NCBI GenBank assembly: GCA_963822965.1
Contig: CAWGJT010000005.1
Coordinates: forward strand, 1,120,001-1,184,000
Origin: an uncultured delta proteobacterium
Lineage (GTDB): Bacteria > Myxococcota_A > UBA9160 > UBA4427
DNA length: 64,000 nt
Reading direction: 5' to 3'
A program made the position numbers and the translations under genes. Below, piece after piece: positions 1-10,713 of this stretch (position 1 is its first letter; every line of letters begins with the position of its first letter). The notes beneath the pieces are model-generated. The model worked only from the letters and a program-made list of their open reading frames with translations, searched no databases and was not told the DNA's origin.

Positions 1-825
1 AAGCTCGCGCCGTTCACCATCTGGGTCACGAAGCGGTCGATCACCCCGCCGCTCACGTGGAAGGCGTCGACCCCTGCGGCGACCAGATCCGGGGCGATGC
101 GCGCCGTGTCGAAGCTCTCGCGGCCGCCGGGGACCCGCTCGTAGCCCGAGATGCGCAGCGTGAGCGGGAACTCCGCGCCCACCTCGCTCTTGATGGCGCG
201 CACCACCCGCACCACCGCCCGGATGCGCCCTTCGGCGCTGCGCGCTCCGTACTCGTCGCGCCGGGCGTTGCGCCACGGCGTCAGGAACGAGCCCAGCAGC
301 ATGTATCCGTGGGCGGCGTGCAGCTCGATGCCGTCGTAGCCCGCGCGGCGCACGCGCACGGCGGCGGACCGGTACAGATCGATCACGCCGTCGAGCTCGG
401 CGACGCTCATCTCCTTGGATGTGGTGCGGGTGAGATAGGACTGGATGGCCGAGGGACCCAGCGCCGTGACGCCATGCAGCTCGGGACCGAGCCCGTCGGG
501 GCCCGGGTGCACGAGCTGGGGCTGCACCCGGGCGCCGTGCTCGTGGATCTCGTCGGTGAGCGCCCGGTGGGCGTCGAGGACCCGCGTCGTCCGAGAAGCG
601 CAGGGAATTCAGCACCTCGGGATGGCGCGCGTCGATCGTCGAGGCACCCAGGGTGATCAGCCCGACCCCGCCCCGCGCGCGGGCGACGAAGTAGGCCCGG
701 GTGCGCGCGGAGGGCAGACCCTCCCGCGTCGCGTAGAGGTTCTCCATGGGCGACATCACGAGCCGGTTGCGCAGCGCCATGCCGCCGATCCGGACGGGCG
801 AGAAGAGCAGGGGCAGCTCACTCAA
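1..825 (-). CDS. NADH:flavin oxidoreductase (Old Yellow Enzyme / 2,4-dienoyl-CoA reductase-like), N-terminal part; runs off window; frameshift near 582
   Basis: Manual translation from TTG 825: [43 protein letters not shown]; after the shift, QPQLVHPG and [32 protein letters not shown]. Absent from the ORF track. Confidence 0.85.
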   Translation of the reverse strand, partial: MSELPLLFSPVRIGGMALRNRLVMSPMENLYATREGLPSARTRAYFVARARGGVGLITLGASTIDARHPEVLNSLRFSDDAGPRRPPGAHRRDPRARRPGAAPARAPGPRRARSRAAWRHGAGSLGHPVLSHPHHIQGDERRRARRRDRSVPVRRRARAPRGLRRHRAARRPRIHAAGLVPDAVAQRPARRVRSAQRRRAHPGGGAGGARHQERGGRGVPAHAAHLGLRAGPRRPRELRHGAHRPGSGRRRGRRLPRERRGDRPLRDPDGERREL

Positions 826-844
826 CGGCGGGTCGCTTCGGCGC

Positions 845-1616
845 TCAGCGGGGAACCAGCCCGCCGTCGATGTTGATGGTGGCGCCCGTCACGAAGCTCG
901 AGGCGTCGCTCGCCAGGTAGAGGGCGAGGCCCACCAGCTCGTCGGGGTGCGCGGCGCGCCCCAAGAGCGAGGCCTGGGCCATCATCTTCTGCATCTCGGG
1001 CGGGTTGTTGCGGACCATGTCCGTATCGATGGTTCCCGGCGCGATGGCGTTCACCCGGATCTTGCGGGGCGCGAGCTCGGCGGCCAGGGCGCGAGTGTAT
1101 GCGAGCAGGCCCGCCTTGGCGGCGGCGTACATGTGGGTGAAGGACGAGAACAGATACGCGCCGGCGCTCGAGACGTTGACGATGGCCGCGTGCCCGCTCT
1201 CGGTGAGATGCGGCAACGCGTACTGCATCAGGAAGACGGGGCCGCGCAGGTTCACGCTCATCGACTTCTCCCAGGCCTCGGGAGTCACCTGCCCGAAGGG
1301 GAGCGCCAGGGCATTGGCGGCGTTGTTGACCAGGATGTCGATGCCGCCGAAGCGCCCGACGGTCTCGGAGACGAGCCGTTCGAGCTGCGCGAGGTCGCCC
1401 ATCTGCGTCGGGGACGGCCAGCGCTTCTCCGCCGCGGGCCTCGATGGCGGCGACCGTCTCCTCGCAGGCCTCCTTCTTCCGGCTCGCCACGACGACCCGG
1501 GCGCCCGCCAGCGCGTAGCCCTCGGCGATGGAACGGCCGATGCCGCGACTGCCGCCGGTGACGATTGCGACGCGCCCGTCCAGGCGGAACAGGGCGTCCA
1601 GGGCCTTCTTCTCCAC
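845..1616 (-). CDS. Short-chain dehydrogenase/reductase (SDR), frameshift near 1410
   Basis: TGGSRGIG in the N-terminal frame; NNAA, YAAAK and VNAIAPG in the second frame. Confidence 0.9.
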
Positions 1617-1709
1617 GAACGACTCTCCTCTCTACTTTTCGGCTTCCGCCTCGTTTCGGCTCTTCGCGCGCTTCCGGCGCTTCCCCCGGGCCGTCTGGGG
1701 ACGGGACGA

Positions 1710-3952
1710 TCAGGCGCCGGGGTCGAAATCCAGGTAGATCGGCGAGCTCCAGGCGCGGGGCTCGTGCTCGGCGAGACAGTCGTCTTTCCCCGTGCACAGG
1801 TGGGCCTTCACGCAGCGCCCCTCGGCGTCGTACTCGCAGTTGGCCCCGTCCGGCGTTGATGGCGGGCGCCGGCTCCTCGAAGACACGGGCGTAGTAGACG
1901 GCGTCGCGCGCGTCCGTCTCGAAGTCCGGGTCGACGAAGGTGGCCGCGCAGCCCTCGCGGCTGGGCTCGCAGACCACCGTCTTCCAGGGATCGTCGATGC
2001 GGCCGGCGAGGGCCTCGCCCGGCTCGGCCTGGGGCCGGATGCGGACCAGCTCGATGCGCGAGATGCGGCGCCGCTCGTCGGACGGGTTGTAGCACTCGCC
2101 CCTGCACAGGCGCTGGATGGCCTCGGGCGACAGCGCCTCGACCGCGTACTCGGGACAGCCGGGCTTCTGCTCGAACGATCCCACCGCGCGCACCTGGAAG
2201 ATCGGCGCGTCCTGCATCTTCACCTCGCTCCCCATGGCGACGGTGCGCCCGCTGGAGCCCGGCGGGTTCAGCAGGTCGAACCAGAGCAGGATGCGCGGCC
2301 CCGTGGTGGCGTACACCTCGCGTCGCTTGACGGCCCGCCAGATGGAATCGCGATCGCGGCCTTCGGCGTGAACGGCCACGAGCCCGCCCGTCAGGAAGAA
2401 GGAGGTCTGTCGCTCCACCTCCATGAGCTGGAAGCCCTGGAGGGGGGTGTCGTTCGGATCGAAGGGGCGCGGCCGGGACTCCGGCTCCTCGTGCGGCGCG
2501 CGGAAGAAGGAGGCGATGCGCGACGGCGAATTCAGGCCGCGGATCCTCGATTCGGTGAATGCCATCCCGGTTGTTCTCCTTGTAGCCCGTGCCCGGTCGC
2601 GCCGAGTGGTTGTCGCTCGACGAGATGAAGCCGAAGTGGAAGCGACGCGGCTTTGCGGGGTCGTCGTCGAAGTTCGAGAGCGAGAGGATGTACTGGACCG
2701 AGCCGCCCGGCCGGTAGTTGAAGGCCGGCTCGCTGCAGTCGCGACACTGTCCCGCGTCGAGCCATTCGGCCGCTCGGGCGCCGGGCACCACGAGGTGGGC
2801 CTGGCCGCCGGCGTCCGCGGCCAGCTCCCGGGTCTCCGCGGCCCGCTCGTCGCACTCCTCGGCGCTCGTGCCCTCGGCGAGGCAGCGCTTGCGGATGATC
2901 TCTCCGGCCTGCCAGCAGGTGGGGAGATAGTCCGGACGGGGCTCGGGGCAGATGGCCTCGCCGTCCGGGCCCCGTTCCACGGCACGCCAGGGGCGATAGA
3001 CCTCGGAGTCGCCGTGGCCCGAGTACACCTCGATGAGGGTCTGGCGTTTCGGGTCGTGGAGGTTCCCGCGCAGCTGCTTGTCCCAGCTGGAGCCCGGCGG
3101 CGTGTAGAAGCCCCACGTGGTGCCGTGCGGGATCACGATCGAATCGAATCCCCACTCGTCGAGCTTGCGGAACAGCACGTCCGGCGTGGCGGCCACCTCG
3201 AGGCAGTCGGCCGGCAGATCGCGCGTGTTCACGCCGTCCTCGCACAGATCCTGTCGCGCGTTGCGCGTGAGATATGCCGCGAGGTCGTGCATGCGCCCGC
3301 CCCCGAAGAGCGCGAGCAGGCCGCGACCGAAGGGACGCGGGGGGCGCGTGCGAATGTCGAGCGCCTGGCCCGCCGCCGCGATCGGCCGCGCGGGGATCTC
3401 GTCGTCCGCGAGCCCCGGCAGCACGACGTTCTTGTGGCCGAAGTGCTCCTCGGGCGTGGTTCCCACCTGCGTCCACTCCCAGCCCAGGTAGGCCACGGTG
3501 TCGGGATTGGCCGCGTCGCCGGCGCGCTCGTTGCAGGCGCGGATCGACTGGACGGTGTCCGTCCAGGCCTGGCTCGAGAGGCCCTCGGCGTGGTCGTTGA
3601 TCGACCAGAAGTCGAGCGCCGAGCAGTAGCGCGCGAAGTCGCAGGCGTCCGCGGGCGGATGCGCGCCCTCGCCCCCCAGCATGGGCAGGCTCGTGATGAA
3701 GGCGTCGAAGGAGAAGGTCGTGTGGACGTGGAAATCGCCGAAGAGGATCTGCTTCGGCGCGGTGACCCCGATGTCCGAGGCAGCCTCCCGCACGGCGCCC
3801 TGGGTGCTGCGCTGCACGGCGTCGGGCCGGGCGGCACCGCGGATCTCTCCCGCCCCGTCGGGGCGGCCGAAGACGCCGAAGCCGGCGGCGAGGACCAGCC
3901 CCACGAAGGCTGCCAGGAGCAAGCCCACAACGATCACGATGCGACGGATCAC
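1710..3952 (-). CDS. DUF3604-family (PHP-like) metal-dependent protein, frameshifts near 2565 and 1850
   Basis: FGDFHVHTTFSFD, INDHAE, GWEWT, SSDNHSARPG, REVYATTGPRI, YYARV and RAWSSPIY distributed over three frames. Confidence 0.85.
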
Positions 3953-4022
3953 GGCGTCCCTCCCCCGCCCACGGTATCAGAGCGGGCCGGGAGTCGCGCA
4001 GGGCGCGCGCCGTGAAGCGGCT

Positions 4023-4856
4023 TCAGCGCGCCGCGGGGGGCTTGCAGTCGGGTCTTCGCCCCGCCGCCAGGGCCTGGGCGGCGAGCTGCTCCGCTTCGGC
4101 CATGTGCGCCTGCAGGTCGTCGATCCGGCTCTCGTTGGAGGGATGGGTCGAGGTCCACTCCGGGGGCGCCTGCCCGGACGCCGCCGACATGTTCTGCCAG
4201 AGCACGACGCTTGCCCGGGGGTCGAAGCCCGCCTTCGCCATCAGGTCGAGGCCGATACTGTCCGCTTCGCTCTCGTGGGCACGGCTGTAGGGCAGCAGGA
4301 CGCCGTACTGGGTCCCGAGGCCGAAGCCCGCCATCACCATCTGCCCGGCCTGGGTCGACATGTTCGCAGACTGCACGGCGGCAGCGACCGCCGCCTGGGA
4401 GACCTGGGCCAGGGCTGCCTGGGAGATGCGTTCGTTGCCGTGATGCGCCAGCACGTGTCCCACCTCGTGGCCGATCACGGCGGCGAGCTGGTCAGGCGTG
4501 CGCGCCACTCCCAGCAGCCCCTGATAGACACCGATCTTGCGCCCCGGCAGCGCGAAAGCGTTCACCTCCGAGCTCGCGAAGACGCGCACCTCCCAGCCGC
4601 TCCGCATGGAGGGCTCGAGCTGCGAGACGATCGCCTGGGCGACGCAATCCACGTAGGCATTCGTGGTGGCGTCCTGACTGATGGGCACCTCCTGCTTCTG
4701 CTGCTCGAAGCTGGTGGCTCCCATCTGGTCCAGCTCCGCGTCGGAATAGAGCAGGAGCTGGGAGCGGCCCGTGGGCGAGGTCACGCAACCCATCGAGACC
4801 GCGATGGCGAGGAGCAGGAGGCTTGCCGGGAGACGGAAGGAAGTCGACGGACGCAC
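4023..4856 (-). CDS. M48 family Zn metallopeptidase (probable lipoprotein)
   Basis: VNAFALPG, HEVGH (HExxH), YSRAHESEAD, STHPS; lipobox-like SMGC. Confidence 0.9.
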   Translation of the reverse strand: MRPSTSFRLPASLLLLAIAVSMGCVTSPTGRSQLLLYSDAELDQMGATSFEQQKQEVPISQDATTNAYVDCVAQAIVSQLEPSMRSGWEVRVFASSEVNAFALPGRKIGVYQGLLGVARTPDQLAAVIGHEVGHVLAHHGNERISQAALAQVSQAAVAAAVQSANMSTQAGQMVMAGFGLGTQYGVLLPYSRAHESEADSIGLDLMAKAGFDPRASVVLWQNMSAASGQAPPEWTSTHPSNESRIDDLQAHMAEAEQLAAQALAAGRRPDCKPPAAR

Positions 4857-5017
4857 GTGCTTCTCCAGGACGGCTTTCGGATCGGGAGCAGACCCGACCG
4901 CGGGATCGTATGTACTCCGCCCGACGGACGCGAGACGCCCGTCCCCCGAAGCGGGCCTTGCGCCCCGCGGGCCCCTGAGCCGCTCCCAGGCCCGCTCGCG
5001 CCGGGCCGACAGCCGAT

Positions 5018-6475
5018 TCACGGCGCCAGGGCCGGTCCCGCCAGGATCCACGAAATCGCCGAGATCAGGACGACCCCGATGAGGTTCAGCAGCAGACCCG
5101 TCCGCGCCATCGCCAGCACCGGGATCCGCTGGGACGCGAACACGACGGCGTTGGGCGGGGTGGCCACGGGCAGCATGAAGGCGCAGCTCGCGGCCATGGC
5201 TGCGGGGACCGCGAGCAACATGGGAGCCACCCCGAGACCGGGAGCCAGCCCGGCGAAGATCGGGATCAGGGTCGCGGCGGTCGCCGTGTTGCTGGTCATC
5301 TCGGTCAGGAAGATCATCAGCGTCGTGACTGCGACCACCACCACGAGGGGCGGCAGCCCCGCGAATCCCGACACCGAGGCGCCGAGCAGCTCGCCGACCC
5401 CGTTCGCCTGGATGGCGGCGGCAAGGCTGAGGCCGCCGCCGAAGAGCAAGAGGATGCCCCAGGGCAGGGTCACGGCCGTGTCCCAGCTCATCACGAAGAC
5501 GGACTCGCGGGGCTCGACGGGGATCACGAAGAGCACCAGCGCGGCCAGGACCGCGATGCCCGGGTCCGTGAGCCCGGCCAGGGGTTGCACCCCGCCCACG
5601 GAGATCTGCCGCAGCAGCGGCAACGTCATCCACAGGGCCACCGTCACGGCGAAGACCGCCAGCACCGCCCACTCGCCCCGTTTCATCGGCCCGAGCGCCC
5701 GCAGGGCGTCCTGTGCATAGCGTTGGCCCGCGGCGACGCTGCGGACGCGGATCGGGTGCAGCACACGCGTCAGCAGCAGCCAGGTGATCGGCAGGAAGAG
5801 AGCCACGAGCGGCACGCCGATCTTCATCCAGCCCACGAAGCCGATCTCGATGCCGAGGTTCGCCGAGGCGTACGAGGCCAGGAAGAGGTTCGGCGGCGTC
5901 CCGACCAGGGTGCCGATGCCGCCGATCGAGGCCGCATAGGCGATCCCCAGGAGCAGACTGCGCTCGAAGCCGCCGTCCGCTTCGCTCACCTCGATCACGC
6001 CGAGTGCGATGGGCAGCATCATCACGCTCGTGGCCGTGTTCGAGACCCACATGCTGAGACAGGCGGTCACCCCCATGAACGCGCCCACGACCGCGTGGGG
6101 ACTGCGCCCGACGAAGCGCAGGACCCCCAACGAGATGCGCCGGTCCAGCCCCCAGCGCTGCATGGCCAGCGCGAGGATGAAGCCGCCCAGGAAGAGGAAG
6201 ATGAGATCGTGCCCGTAGGGGGCCGCCGCTTGCTTCATGCTGGCGGCGCCCAGCACGGGCAGCAGGACGAGGGGCAGCAGGGCGGTGGCGTAGAGGGGGA
6301 TCACCTCGGTCATCCACCAGAGCCCCATCCACAGCGCGACACCCGCCGTGGCCCGGCCCGCCGGCGTGAACGGCACCAGCTGCCCGCTCGGGTCCACGTA
6401 GGCGTCGGGGAGCCCGAGCCAGGCGGCCACCACCAGCGCGGGCCCAGCGGCGAGGACCAGCCACCTCACGATCAC
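5018..6475 (-). CDS. DASS/SLC13 family Na+-coupled anion symporter
   Basis: Two SNTAT motifs, GTPPN, PVATPPN and many TM helices. Confidence 0.92.
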   Translation of the reverse strand: MIVRWLVLAAGPALVVAAWLGLPDAYVDPSGQLVPFTPAGRATAGVALWMGLWWMTEVIPLYATALLPLVLLPVLGAASMKQAAAPYGHDLIFLFLGGFILALAMQRWGLDRRISLGVLRFVGRSPHAVVGAFMGVTACLSMWVSNTATSVMMLPIALGVIEVSEADGGFERSLLLGIAYAASIGGIGTLVGTPPNLFLASYASANLGIEIGFVGWMKIGVPLVALFLPITWLLLTRVLHPIRVRSVAAGQRYAQDALRALGPMKRGEWAVLAVFAVTVALWMTLPLLRQISVGGVQPLAGLTDPGIAVLAALVLFVIPVEPRESVFVMSWDTAVTLPWGILLLFGGGLSLAAAIQANGVGELLGASVSGFAGLPPLVVVVAVTTLMIFLTEMTSNTATAATLIPIFAGLAPGLGVAPMLLAVPAAMAASCAFMLPVATPPNAVVFASQRIPVLAMARTGLLLNLIGVVLISAISWILAGPALAP

Positions 6476-6704
6476 CGGATCACCTCGAAGAGCAGCGGGG
6501 GCCGTTCGGACATGGGGCTCCGGCAGGGTCCACGGTGGGCAGCGGACGGGACGGGGACGGCCGCGACCATCGGACCACGCGGCGCACTTGTCAATCCACC
6601 TCCGTGCGGTGAGGGGGTGGTGTGCCCCATACTCGCGGCGCGGCACGACGCATCCGCGCTCGTCCGCCGGCATCGATTCATCGGGGACAGGGAGGTCTGG
6701 GGGT

Positions 6705-7268
6705 TTGTCGAAATCGATCTTCGAGAAGCGGGAGCAGGCGTTCGAAGCCGTCTTCTACGCGCGGCTTGACGAGCAGCGTATCCGCAAGCTGCGGCAGAAG
6801 CGCGAAGAGGCTCGCGAAATGGAGCTGCTGACCGCGTCCACCGGCATCTCCGATCCCGCGGTGCTCAAGCACATCCTCGACCTCGGCGTCCAGGCCCAGA
6901 ACCTCCAGGCCCTCACCCTCGTTCCCCTGGTGCTGACCGCCTGGGCGAGCGGCGGCGTCACGCCCGCCGAGCGCGACGCGGCGCTGCTGGCCGCGGAGCG
7001 AGAGGGCGTGAGCCCGGAATCGGGCGCCCACCAGCTGCTCGAGTCCTGGCTCGACGAGCTTCCTCCCCCCGAGCTCGAGCAGACGTGGGGCGAGTACGTT
7101 CGTGCGCTGCTCGAGCAGCTCGGCGACGAGCAGGCGAGCGCCCTCAAGCAGGACCTGCTGAGCCGGTGCCGCCAGGTGGCGCGTGCGTCCGGCGGCGTCC
7201 TCGGAGCTGCGAAGATCTCGAGCGAGGAGGCGGAGACCATGCGCCGGCTCGAGGAGGCCATGGACTGA
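6705..7268 (+). CDS. Conserved hypothetical helical protein (possible TerB-like fold)
   Basis: Coherent protein MSKSIFEKREQAFEAVFY..AWASGGVTPAER..VARASGGVLG; TTG start after GGAGG. Confidence 0.65.
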   Translation: MSKSIFEKREQAFEAVFYARLDEQRIRKLRQKREEAREMELLTASTGISDPAVLKHILDLGVQAQNLQALTLVPLVLTAWASGGVTPAERDAALLAAEREGVSPESGAHQLLESWLDELPPPELEQTWGEYVRALLEQLGDEQASALKQDLLSRCRQVARASGGVLGAAKISSEEAETMRRLEEAMD

Positions 7269-7972
7269 GGGCGCTCGACACAGCCCGTGCGGCCGCGGAC
7301 CGCGCTCGAGCGGAGTCGCGCGTCCGCGTCGGCATCCCCTGGGCGCAGAACCGATTCCTGCGGCGCATCACCTGGATCTATGCGGGCGTGTGGGTGGTGG
7401 CCGCCGTCGCGCCCGTGGACCGCGAGACCTGGCTGCTGGAGAACGGGCTCGTGCTCGTGATGGTGGGGGTGCTGGCGATCACCCACCGGCGCTTCGCGTT
7501 CTCGAACCTCTCCTACGGGCTGATGTTCGTGTTCCTGCTGCTGCACGCCATGGGCGCCCACTACACCTACTCGGCGGTTCCCGTCGGCAACTGGGTGCGG
7601 GACCTGCTGGGGCTCGAGCGCAACCCCTACGATCGCCTGGTGCACTTCTCGTTCGGGCTGCTCATGGGCTACCCGCTGCGCGAGATGACGTTGCGCGTCG
7701 TGCACGTCCACCGAATCTGGGGCTACCTGGCTCCGCCGATCGTGGTGCTCGCCATGGGGGCGATGTACGAGATCATCGAGTCCTGGGCCGCGCGGGCGGT
7801 GAACCCCGCCGTCGGGCTCGCCTACGTGGGCGCCCAGGGTGACGTCTGGGACGGCCAGAAGGACATGACAATGGCGTTCACGGGCTCGCTGCTCGCCATG
7901 GGGGTCGTGGCCCTCTATCGCCGGGCGACCGACCACGAGCCCTACCTGCATCGAGACGGCGGGACGAGATGA
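7265..7972 (+). CDS. DUF2238 family membrane protein (start uncertain)
   Basis: WLLEN, HYTYSAVP, RNPYDRLVHF, GAQGDVWDGQKDM. Confidence 0.85.
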   Translation: MRALDTARAAADRARAESRVRVGIPWAQNRFLRRITWIYAGVWVVAAVAPVDRETWLLENGLVLVMVGVLAITHRRFAFSNLSYGLMFVFLLLHAMGAHYTYSAVPVGNWVRDLLGLERNPYDRLVHFSFGLLMGYPLREMTLRVVHVHRIWGYLAPPIVVLAMGAMYEIIESWAARAVNPAVGLAYVGAQGDVWDGQKDMTMAFTGSLLAMGVVALYRRATDHEPYLHRDGGTR

Positions 7973-8412
7973 AGCGGACGGGACCGTGGTCGGAGAGCCG
8001 CATCCGGGAGTTCCTGGAGACCACGCGCGTCCCCGTCCGCCTGGCCTGCAACGGTGCCCGGGGACACCCCGTTCTCGCATCCCTCTGGTTCCTGCCCGTC
8101 GGCCAGGAGCTGTGGTGCGCGACCCAGCGGCCGGCCTCGATCGCGCGCCACCTCCGCCGGGATCCGCGCTGCGCATTCGAGGTGGCGGGGGACGCGGCGC
8201 CGTATCGGGGGGTACGGGGCCAGGCGCTGGCTCGCCTGGACGAAGCCCGCGGAGAGGCCGTGCTGCGCGACCTGATTGCCCGCTACCTGCCGCCCGATTC
8301 GCCGCTGGCTCCAAAGCTGCTGTCCCGCGCGGCAACCGAGACGGCCATCGCGCTCTCGCCGAAGCGCATCGTGAGCTGGGACTACAGCGAGCGGATGGGC
8401 TACCGGAGCTAG
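7969..8412 (+). CDS. Pyridoxamine 5'-phosphate oxidase-family (split barrel) protein
   Basis: LRRDPRCAFEV, PYRGVRGQ, IVSWDY; ATGA overlap with the upstream gene. Confidence 0.8.
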   Translation: MKRTGPWSESRIREFLETTRVPVRLACNGARGHPVLASLWFLPVGQELWCATQRPASIARHLRRDPRCAFEVAGDAAPYRGVRGQALARLDEARGEAVLRDLIARYLPPDSPLAPKLLSRAATETAIALSPKRIVSWDYSERMGYRS

Positions 8413-8457
8413 CCCTCCGCCTCAGGAGCTCCGGTCACTCGCTCGACGCCGGGTCCC

Positions 8458-9723
8458 TCAGGCGTCGACCTCCGCCAGGCCGGCGATGTCTTCGCGATCG
8501 CGCAGGGACGACAGCACGCCCGCCTCGATCTGCCGCACCCGCTCCCCCGAGAGGCCGAGCTGCTGCCCGATCTCCCGCAGGCTCTTCGGGGCGTCGCCGT
8601 CGAGGCCGAAGCGAAGCTCCAGGATCCGGCGGTCCCGGGGCGAGAGCGAGCACAGGCTGTTGGACACGACCTGGTAGATGCGCTCCCGATCCAGGTCCAG
8701 CTCCGGCTCGATGGGCGAGTCGTCCTGCAACAGGTCGAGCAGGCTCGTGTCGCCTTCACCGTCGTAGGAGACGGGCTCGTCGATGGAGGCGATCTGACGC
8801 CCGGTGGCGATCAGCTCGTCCAGCTCGGCGACGCCGACGCCCAGCGCCTCGGCCAGCTCGTCCCGACGCGGCTCGCGACCCGTCCGGTGGCGCAGCCGCT
8901 CCTCCACCCGCCGCAGCTCGCGCAGGCGATCGTAGAGATGGGAGGGCACCCGCACCGTCCGCGAGTGGTTCTGGATGGCCCGGATGAGCGCCTGATCGAT
9001 CCACCACACGGCGTACGTCGAGAAGCGGAAGCCCCGCTCGGGCTCGAACTTGTCGATGGCCCGCAGCAGGCCCAGGTTGCCCTCCTGGATCAGGTCCTCG
9101 AAGCGAACGCCCATGCTGCGGAAGCGCTTGGCTCGCGACACCACCAGCCGCAGGTTTCGGCGCGCGAAGATCTGACGCGCCTCGTTGCGCCGGTCGAGCG
9201 CGCGGCCCGCCCGGCGGACGGCCGCTCGGCTGCCGCGATCGGTGAGACCGAGCTGCCGCAGGCGATCCCGGTTGCGCAGGCTGCGACCGCCCCCCTGAAG
9301 CTTCGTGAACTCCCGGTGGATCTTCTCGAGCACCTCGAAGAGGATGTCGGCCTCGCGCACGCGGGCCGCGAGGTCGGCGTCGATCGTCTTGCGGGAGCCC
9401 GCGTCCGCCTCTTCCCGTCGCTCGAGCAGGCCTCGCATCCGCCCGACCTGGTCGTCGATGTGCGCGCTCCAGTCGGTCTTGCGGTCGTCCCGGGCGCGGT
9501 GGCACAGCATGCCGGTCACCAGGCGGCGGTCGACGCGCTCCTGCCAGAGCTCGGCGATGCGAATGGCGGTGCCCCGCACGGCTTCCAGAGCACGCCGGAA
9601 ATCCCGCTCGCCTCCGGAGATCTCGCGCGCCAGCTCGGCGGTCTGCTCCGGGGTGAGCAACGAGGTCTCTCGAATGGATCGAAAGTACTCCTGAAGATCC
9701 GATTCCCAGCTCAACACGTTCAT
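8458..9723 (-). CDS. RpoD/RpoS-like sigma70 factor lacking region 1.1 (alternative start 9765)
   Basis: Region 1.2 [15 protein letters not shown]; region 2 [35 protein letters not shown]; region 4 [19 protein letters not shown]. Confidence 0.92.
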   Translation of the reverse strand: MNVLSWESDLQEYFRSIRETSLLTPEQTAELAREISGGERDFRRALEAVRGTAIRIAELWQERVDRRLVTGMLCHRARDDRKTDWSAHIDDQVGRMRGLLERREEADAGSRKTIDADLAARVREADILFEVLEKIHREFTKLQGGGRSLRNRDRLRQLGLTDRGSRAAVRRAGRALDRRNEARQIFARRNLRLVVSRAKRFRSMGVRFEDLIQEGNLGLLRAIDKFEPERGFRFSTYAVWWIDQALIRAIQNHSRTVRVPSHLYDRLRELRRVEERLRHRTGREPRRDELAEALGVGVAELDELIATGRQIASIDEPVSYDGEGDTSLLDLLQDDSPIEPELDLDRERIYQVVSNSLCSLSPRDRRILELRFGLDGDAPKSLREIGQQLGLSGERVRQIEAGVLSSLRDREDIAGLAEVDA

Positions 9724-10051
9724 GGTCTCCGTCGTAAGTGGCGCGTTCCGGGGTGGACTTCGCATCGGATGGCCTGGCGATCGGCCACGGCGAGGAGTGA
9801 TGTTACATAAAAGCTGGACACATTCCCCAAAACTACCGCTATTTTTCCTCTATTGTCTATATTTTTTATGAACATCTTTTGGCGATGGCATTCTCGTCCG
9901 CCCCGGGCCCCTCCCGTCTGTGATGGCGGGCGGCGGAGCGGGGTTCAGGACCATCCCTCCGGCGTGGAAAGCGGAGGCAGGCCTGCCCAGCCCCCGGGAG
10001 AAGCCGGGCCGCGGAGAGCCTCTCTGGGCCACCCGCCGCCGGCGCCACGGC

Positions 10052-10067
10052 TGGCACGGGGGCTGCA
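10052..10067 (+). promoter_or_regulatory. Putative sigma54 (-24/-12) promoter
   Basis: TGGCAC-GGGGG-CTGCA, about 40 bp upstream of ATG 10108. Confidence 0.6.
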
Positions 10068-10107
10068 TCGCCTGGGGCCACCCTCCCCAACAGCCAGAAT
10101 CCGACCC

Positions 10108-10707
10108 ATGAGTGCTTTCGCGCAGAGCATCGATTCCCTGTCCGAGCGCGCGCGCCGCGAGCGTGCGCCCGGCTACGAATGCGTGCGCGAGGGCGACGAC
10201 CTGTGGCGCCTCCGGATCTGGGGATTCCTCCCCCGCGACTGGTGCGGGAACCTCGCCCTGCACTGCTTCGCGGCCGGCCTCGACATCCGCCACGGCGAAG
10301 CCCGCCGCCTGGAGCCGAACCGCTGGGTCGGATCGTTCCTGCTCGGGTCTTCGACCGAGCGAGGCGCCGCGGGCATCGACTTCCTGCGAATGGCCCGGCA
10401 CCGCCCCTCGCTGGCCGGCCGCCACCACGACATCGCCCTCGACTCCTTCGCCGTGGTGCGTCCGGCGGCTTCCGACGAGCCGGTAGTGGTGTCCGTGCGC
10501 GCACCCGACCGCCCGGGCTTCCTGGCGCAGGTGCTGGATTGCTTCGCGGTCTGCGGTCTCGTGCTCGAGAGGCTCTCGGTGCAGACCGTGGGCGAGGTCG
10601 CCTGCGATCGCTTCTGGCTGCGGAGCCCGGACACCGACCCGCGGCTCGTGACGACGATCGAACGACTCGAGGCGGAGCTGCGCGAACGATGCGCCGGCGC
10701 GCGGTGA
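10108..10707 (+). CDS. Stand-alone tandem ACT-domain protein (GlnD C-terminus-like)
   Basis: VVVSVRAPDRPGFLAQV..SVQTVGEVACDRFWL resembles the last ACT domain of GlnD; the N-terminal half is ACT-like. Confidence 0.7.
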   Translation: MSAFAQSIDSLSERARRERAPGYECVREGDDLWRLRIWGFLPRDWCGNLALHCFAAGLDIRHGEARRLEPNRWVGSFLLGSSTERGAAGIDFLRMARHRPSLAGRHHDIALDSFAVVRPAASDEPVVVSVRAPDRPGFLAQVLDCFAVCGLVLERLSVQTVGEVACDRFWLRSPDTDPRLVTTIERLEAELRERCAGAR

Positions 10708-10713
10708 CGGCGC

